DNA of 63,958 nucleotides, the filler included, from Pelomyxa schiedti (taxonomy: Eukaryota; Protista; Evosea): the NCBI GenBank assembly GCA_020536535.1. It is 8 parts of 8 records of this genome, joined end to end, with 100 filler letters (N's around TTAATTAATTAA, not from the genome) between each part and the next. Parts side by side here need not be neighbours in the genome. Positions count along the whole stretch, not along the records: positions 57,849 to 59,261 come from JAHLWZ010002525.1; positions 59,362 to 61,721 come from JAHLWZ010002023.1; positions 61,822 to 62,849 come from JAHLWZ010002979.1; positions 62,950 to 63,958 come from JAHLWZ010003011.1; 4 more parts are not named here. The stretch is one strand, 5' to 3'. A model generated the notes under the pieces. It ran no database searches and was not told the DNA's origin. It was given only the letters and a program-made list of their open reading frames with translations. A program made the position numbers and the translations under genes. Below, in pieces: positions 57,881 through 63,958 of this stretch. Position 1 is the stretch's first letter. Every line of letters starts with the position of its first letter.

Positions 57881-59125
57881 GCCAGGACCCCAGATAACAA
57901 GTGTCACAAGAATCCAAAAAGGAGGCAGAATCACGATCAGTGGGTCAGGGTTCGGAACAACAACTGACCATCTCACAGTCCTTTTCAATGGTATCGATAA
58001 TATTTGGGTTTCTAAACACTCACACTGAAAAGGTGTGCCTTGCACTGATATTGTTATGAGCCAACCCAGCAGCATAATCACCTGTGTTGTGCCGATGCAA
58101 GGTCTACAGGGCAGTGACGGTGCCGTGTCAGGATCCCTTGCTGTGAATGTTTCCGGCCGCTCCGCCCACTCCCTTGTCTTCTTTGACAAAGGTAGCTTCG
58201 CCCCCCCCCCCCCTCCCCAGTACAACCGAACTTTTCCCTCCCTGTCGTATTTCTCATCCTCCCCTCTCTCATAGTTGTATTGACACTCAAGGCATGGGGC
58301 GCAGGAGGCGGCGGTGGCGAGCACACCACAGGCAACCACGGAGGCGGAGGCGGGTTCGCAACAGCCAGATACGCAGCACTCCCAGGGGAGGTGCTCCACG
58401 TGGTGGTTGGCCGCGGCGGCCGCTGCGCCCCCGACGACCTGCACAGGGGCGGGGGTGGTGCCCCAAACGGGGGCCACGGCGGGGCCAACTACGAGGCAGG
58501 GGGCGGTGGCATCACGGCGCGGAGGTTCTGGGACGCCGTGGTTCTGGGTGCTGGCGGCGGGGGCGGTGGCAGCGGCGGGTACCACTGCGGGGCTGGGGGT
58601 GGGGGCGGCGGTGGGACGCGGGACGGCGTCGTGGGGAAGGGAGGGATGGGCAGCGGCCAGGCCGCCGACCCGCCAGGATCCACAAAGGAGTGCGGGGCGG
58701 GCCAGAACGGCGGCGGAGGAGGCGGGACGGCCTGCCCGTGCTCTGGGTGCACGACCAGACGTGGTGGGAAGCCTGGCTGGGCAGCATGGGAAGGTGAGTC
58801 TCAGCTGCAGGAAGTCAAATGCGGAGGCAAGGGAGTCGATGGGGTGTGCGGCAACGGAGCCGGGGGCCTAGGTGGTGAGAATGGAGGGGGCGGCGGGGGC
58901 GGCGCCGCGTCATGCACCCACGTGATCGAGGGCACGTTCATCACCATCAACGCGAGGGGCCAGGAGGGTGCCAACTGGGGTGACCCAGACTCCACCAAGG
59001 CCAACGGGAACAAAGCGGGGAGGGGTGGTAACCACGGCGAGGACGGCCGTGCCGTAATCGTGGTCGAGGGTTCCGGCAAGTGTTTTGTGTTCGACAATGA
59101 TGGTGATTTCACTGTGGCAGACTGA
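57881..59125 (+). CDS. IPT/TIG-domain plus glycine-rich-domain protein, 5' truncated
   Basis: PQITSV..GGRITISGSGFG..VLFNGVPCT..ITCVVP (IPT/TIG), then LKAWGAGGGGG..GGGGGF..PGEVLHVVVGRGG..GEDGRAVI (Gly-rich domain). Confidence 0.75.
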
Positions 59126-59361
59126 CGTATGGCCTGGGTCCCTCCTCTCCAACGCACTCCGCGAAAAAAGTCCAACGGGCACGCACAAGTTGATATTTCG
59201 CCTTCTCTGCGGGTAATCAAATGACTGTAATTCAAGTGTCTCTTCGTCATTTTTTCTGTTGNNNNNNNNNNNNNNNNNNNNNNNNNNNNNNNNNNNNNNN
59301 NNNNNTTAATTAATTAANNNNNNNNNNNNNNNNNNNNNNNNNNNNNNNNNNNNNNNNNNNN

Positions 59362-59880
59362 CGAAACGAACTGCTCCCGCGCACTCAGCGAAACAGCAGC
59401 CGACAAGTGCCGCTCCGCCTTCTGCTGAGGTTGCTGTATTACCGCTTCCGTGCCCAAAGATTCAGCTGCTGGTGCAGGCATAGCAGGGGGGTTCCACCCT
59501 TGCACCATTGTTGTGGAGGTGGTGGCTTTGGCTCCAGTCATTTGGTTGGTGGGTGCTAGTTGTTGTGTTGTTATTGTTCCATCCAAAGACGACGACGACG
59601 AGGACGAGGACGTAGAAGAGTATGACGCCGTTCTCCCTTTTTTTGCAGGCGTCAGCTGCTGTTGGCGTTGTTGTGATGGTTGCGTCGGTCTATTGTTGTT
59701 GTTTTTGTTACTGTTGTTGTTGATTTCGGGGTTTTTTCTTCTCGGAGGCACTGGTGTGGACGAGGCGGCGTCGTCCCCGTCGTGGTGGTGACGGTGGCCA
59801 GGGTCGCCGCTGTAGGCACCACCATCGTCACCACCACCACGATGTGGTGGTTTGTCGTTGCTCCTACCGTTGCGACCCAT
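59362..59880 (-). CDS. Probable RARDQ-family member, N-terminus only (truncated by the contig end)
   Basis: A low-complexity N-terminus ends in VSLSAREQFVS, matching the AR(D/E)Q motif. Confidence 0.5.
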
Positions 59881-60055
59881 CACTACAAAGGAAGAAAAAA
59901 ATTGATCACCCTACTGTCGACTGGTGCTGATCGAGCCACGCTTCAGTGATATCCCAATTATGCCTCATTCTCCTGCCTCCAGCTTCTGGGACCACCAGTC
60001 AGGACAACTAAATCTTGCGAGAGCGCAGTTTTTCACGAAAATAAATAGGAAGACG

Positions 60056-61491
60056 ATGCATCAGGCTCGCCAAGGTGACGCGGATGTGTCGGGTGTTCCC
60101 ACGGAGCCAGCCCCAAAGCGCCCGCGTGTCGTCGTGGTGGTGGAGCAAAATCATAATCAAGGTGACCTCAACGGCGCCGATGGACGTGCCGGGGGGGGCG
60201 GTGCGGGTGACGGTGACGGTGACGGTGACGGTGACGGTGGCGACGCAGTCACTTCCACCGACGACGACGCGGCACGTGAAGCGAAGAAGGCGACGACGAC
60301 GACGGCCGCCGCCAGCAGTGGATCAAATAACGACGACGACGAGAGTTGTACTGTGCACAGCATTCACCGCCATGACACCGAGGTAAGAGCAACCATCTCG
60401 GATGCTGTCGCGTACTTGGATACACTGGCGTCTCAGGCTGAAGATGTATGTGTGATTACCAAGCTCCTTTTTTTTTTTTTTTTTCTAATCACCAGTTAAA
60501 GAGCAAAAGGGAAGTCACCGTCGAGATTGAACAGTCCTTTGATGAACTGCAATCTTTTTTGCAGAGGGAAGTTGCCCGAAATGTTGCCATGTTGAAAGCC
60601 GAAGCACAGAGAAATATGACAGTGTGTGCTGCCTTCTTGATCTTTCTGGATCTGACAAATCACAGAGTTCATTGGCACAACTAAAGACACTCAACACGGC
60701 GGACTTCAAGGGAAAGCAAAGGGTATCATTCATTCCCAATTTCTTTTGTGGGGTAATGAAATGAAGCTCCTTTACCCAAAAGTACGTGTTCGCAAGGTGT
60801 TTGAGACCGCTTTTGGTGCCGTTTCTCGTTACATTTTTCTTGTTCAGGGTGTGTAATAATAATTTTTTTTTACCCTCCAACTTAAATCAACAAAGGTACT
60901 CACATCGTTGACCTGCCTATTCCCGTTTTGGTGCATATCCTGCAGTATTTGAACCCAACCTCTCTTATTGCAGTTCGTGCTGTGTGCTTTCAATTTTGGA
61001 AAGCTGTTTGTGAAGGTTTTTGTACCTATCAGTCAATTCTTGTACTAATTGTAATGAATACAGTAACCAGAACGGACTCTATCGCACTTTCCACTGATGT
61101 GCAGAGGAAACAAAAACATGATGGGGGCAAATACCGATGGAAGCTTGTTGACGGTGATACCTTGGAAACTCCAACTGGTGACTTTCAGTTCCAAGTTTCA
61201 TCACCTGAAGAGACTATTTGTTTACGAATTTGTCTGGCCGCGAAGAGGCTCTTTGCACAACCCAAGCATTTCAAAGTAGTGATTGCCACCGCTGCTGAAG
61301 GGGACAACAATAATGAAGAAGAGGTGCTGGAATCCAATTATTTTGAGCTCACCACAGAATACCTGTATTCAATGGAAACGGATTGTGATCGGATACTCAA
61401 CCTGCACTGCCTTCCTCCATCCTGTGGAAGATTTCACATCACAATTACAGCCCAGGATTCCTTTTCTTTTCCCCTTGATCCCTCTTTGTAA
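60056..61491 (+). CDS. F-box protein with N-terminal low-complexity and coiled-coil regions, multi-exon
   Basis: HIVDLPIPVLVHILQYLNPTSLIAVRAVCFQFWKAV is an F-box consensus; PKRPR is NLS-like. Confidence 0.75.
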
Positions 61492-61821
61492 AAAACAAAC
61501 CAGCTCTTCCACACAAGGTTGTTGTAATTACTTCTTTTTGATCCATTCCAACTATTACCAAGCAGTTCCTTCGGAATGGAGGAAGTCCTTCGGGACGATA
61601 CGGCACTTGGGGTAATGCAAGAAAAATGAAATTTTTTCCTTTGTATTAAACTAACTGAAGACCAGTTCGTTGCTCCTCCAGTGGTTTGAGATAAATGACC
61701 AATCCTTCAGCAACAGTGGAANNNNNNNNNNNNNNNNNNNNNNNNNNNNNNNNNNNNNNNNNNNNTTAATTAATTAANNNNNNNNNNNNNNNNNNNNNNN
61801 NNNNNNNNNNNNNNNNNNNNN

Positions 61822-62274
61822 TAATGAAAAAGGCACTGGCTGTACCACACAACCAACAAGCAAGCCAATTGAGTCCAAACAACGAAAACACACACACAGC
61901 CACTGTGCCCCCATAAGTAAAGTAAAGTAAATTGCTTCACCTTGCGAAGGAATTTCCCTTTCCTGCTCCAGAGCATCGGCCTCGGCCCTGGCCTTGGCGT
62001 CGCGACCAGCCTCCGCGCCCCCGCCGCCGCCGCCGCCGCCGGCGGTCTTGGTTGCCACCGCGTCGGCGTTGGGACCGTCGTCGCCGCCACCGGCTTGAGC
62101 GGTCGTGTCGCCGCGTTGGTCCCGATCATGGGCTGGTGGTGAGGGTGGTGGTCGCGGTTGCTCGGCACCAACAACACGCGGGCGCTTGGGCTCTGGCTCT
62201 GAGGGAACTACTACTGACTGATCGTCGGCATCGCCGTGGCTCGCGTGAGGAGTGGCACTCCCTGCTGATTGCAT
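61822..62274 (-). CDS. N-terminus of a protein related to the 60056 gene (truncated)
   Basis: HGDADDQSVVVPSEPEPKRPRVV versus QGDADVSGVPTEPAPKRPRVV. Confidence 0.5.
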
Positions 62275-63507
62275 CCGTGTGACTTTTAAAAAAAAAAAAA
62301 AAAATTTGACGCATCGAGTGCAATGCCCATGGCGGTTGTCTCACGTGTTGAGTAACCAATAAATGATGGTCATTGATTCTGTGAAGCCAGAGGAAACGAA
62401 CGTTTTCCGCATCCAAGGCGGGTGTGACATCGGTGTCAGGCACGAACAACAGTTGCAATCAATGCTCTGCTCCTGTGCTCCTTTGACAATTGTTTGTACT
62501 GGTGATTTTACTATGCCTGCTTCCATCCCTTGGGCGAAGTGTTTGTGGTGACTCAGCAGTGTGTTGCCTGCTGGTGTAGCGCTTGTCACAGGGGGCCTTT
62601 GGTGTTTGGCAGGCCTTATAATCCATCATGGAGGTGGTGGTGAACTTGTTATTGAAACAGGTTCTGAAGCAAGTGGGTGTTATTCCAGGAGTGTACACAA
62701 CTGCAGACACTTCAAGCCAGTGGTGTTTGGAGCCACTGATGTACAGAGGTCATGGGCAATGCACAGTGCATTGATCTGTTTGAGAAGGTCCGCTGCGGGA
62801 TTGAAAGAAGACTGGTCCAGCTTGAGGCCAGTTCACTTCAAAATGCAACNNNNNNNNNNNNNNNNNNNNNNNNNNNNNNNNNNNNNNNNNNNNTTAATTA
62901 ATTAANNNNNNNNNNNNNNNNNNNNNNNNNNNNNNNNNNNNNNNNNNNNTAGATGTATCCAATCCTTGTGGGTCTCCTTGCACTGATTAATGTTGGAAAA
63001 ATTCTGTTTCTAACAATAATTTTTAATATTATTTGCTTAGGTAATATGGCAATATTGCCGGAAAGAAAATTGGTATTGTTATACCATTTGATGTATGTGG
63101 CATGCTAAACCGTAAGTAGAAAATATTTCTGCGTTTGAAAGCCTTTCGGTTTCTGATGGAGTGAACTGTCAGTCCTATTTTTTTAAGTGTGAGGTAATAA
63201 ATTAATTCATTCATTCATATAACAAAAGGGATAACAACACACCGGATAGGCTCACCAAGAACGCAGCTATGCAAATACATACAAATACATCAGTAGCAAT
63301 TTCCACAGCCTATTATCCAATTACTATTACCCACTGGTTTTTTTTTTAAAATAACCCATAATAATAACCTCGGACATTGCTCCCAAGCAACAAACAATTA
63401 AATCTCACACGAGCCCCACCGGTGTACCTGCCCCGTGATGCGTTATTGATCGTTTTTTATGGAAATGATCACCGTCAATAATTTTCTGCTACTTGGTTTT
63501 CTTTGTT

Positions 63508-63958
63508 TTACGAGTATGAGGGGTGAGGTGTAATCACGAGAGACAGGAACACCTGCCTACCAACGGTGCTGTTGTTGTTGGTGGTGCTGATGGACTGGTG
63601 GTGTTGCTGCTGTTGCATGATTCTGACTTGTGTGTCCGAGGCACCCACTGTCAGGAACATCTTGTCGTGGTGGGTCATCCTCTCGAGCACCGAGGCCAGC
63701 ACTATCTCGGCCTGCTCCGCCGTCGGCGTGATAGTCGTGGGCGTCGGAGTGCTCGTGGTGGCCATTGTGGGTTGCGATGTTGCCGGCGTCGATGTGGCTG
63801 ATGCCGTTGTTGTTGGTGTTGATGTTGTTGATGATGTTGTTGTTGTTGCTGTTGATGTGTGGAGGTGACGCGCTGATGTGGTGCAGAGTGTGTCCATGTG
63901 TGATGATAGGTACCATTCTATGATTTGTGCTACTTGCATCCCTGTGTGTTGTGTGATT
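63508..63958 (-). CDS. MCM6: MCM6 C-terminal winged-helix region (3' end of gene)
   Basis: IIEWYL...VLERMTHHDKMFL...ITPHPSY resembles the MCM6 C-terminal pattern (LVNWYL...VIHRLTHYDHVL...VVNPNY), with Thr/Gln inserts. Confidence 0.6.
   Translation of the reverse strand, partial: ITQHTGMQVAQIIEWYLSSHMDTLCTTSARHLHTSTATTTTSSTTSTPTTTASATSTPATSQPTMATTSTPTPTTITPTAEQAEIVLASVLERMTHHDKMFLTVGASDTQVRIMQQQQHHQSISTTNNNSTVGRQVFLSLVITPHPSYS

Noticed and set aside
62341-62849. Possible gene relic on the minus strand
   Set aside because: Stops in all frames and no recognisable motif; could not be supported.

Overview
This is eukaryotic (protist) genomic DNA, not a prokaryotic locus. Genes are compact, with many very short GT-AG introns and GC/CpG-rich 5' ends; the style is reminiscent of the archamoeba Pelomyxa, but that is inference. 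The window is a concatenation of 8 contigs joined by artificial N-TTAATTAATTAA-N linkers, plus three 100-N scaffold gaps, so adjacency across linkers is meaningless. Contig 1 (1-27624) holds a head-to-tail array of at least 12 intronless paralogs/pseudogenes of an uncharacterised 'RARDQ...RLVWDLV' family. That family has a conserved framework, variable loops and a probable beta-propeller fold. The array is interrupted by a ZIP transporter and PRMT3, and is followed by a Gig2/PARP-like ADP-ribosyltransferase, an RS-rich tandem-DH RhoGEF and a membrane sensor-type cyclic-nucleotide phosphodiesterase. Contig 2 has Sel1-repeat/RARDQ duplications, tRNA-Arg(CCG), two sensor-type class IIIb adenylyl cyclases, a divergent actin, PP2C, USP14 and the 3' end of a pentameric ligand-gated ion channel. 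Later contigs carry MORN-repeat kinases, a 2-TM ENaC-like protein fused to a ubiquitin-like domain, an IPT/Gly-rich protein, an F-box protein and the MCM6 C-terminus. The best candidate for a new system is the diversifying RARDQ array with its adjacent Gig2-like ART, a putative innate-immunity or E3-adaptor locus.
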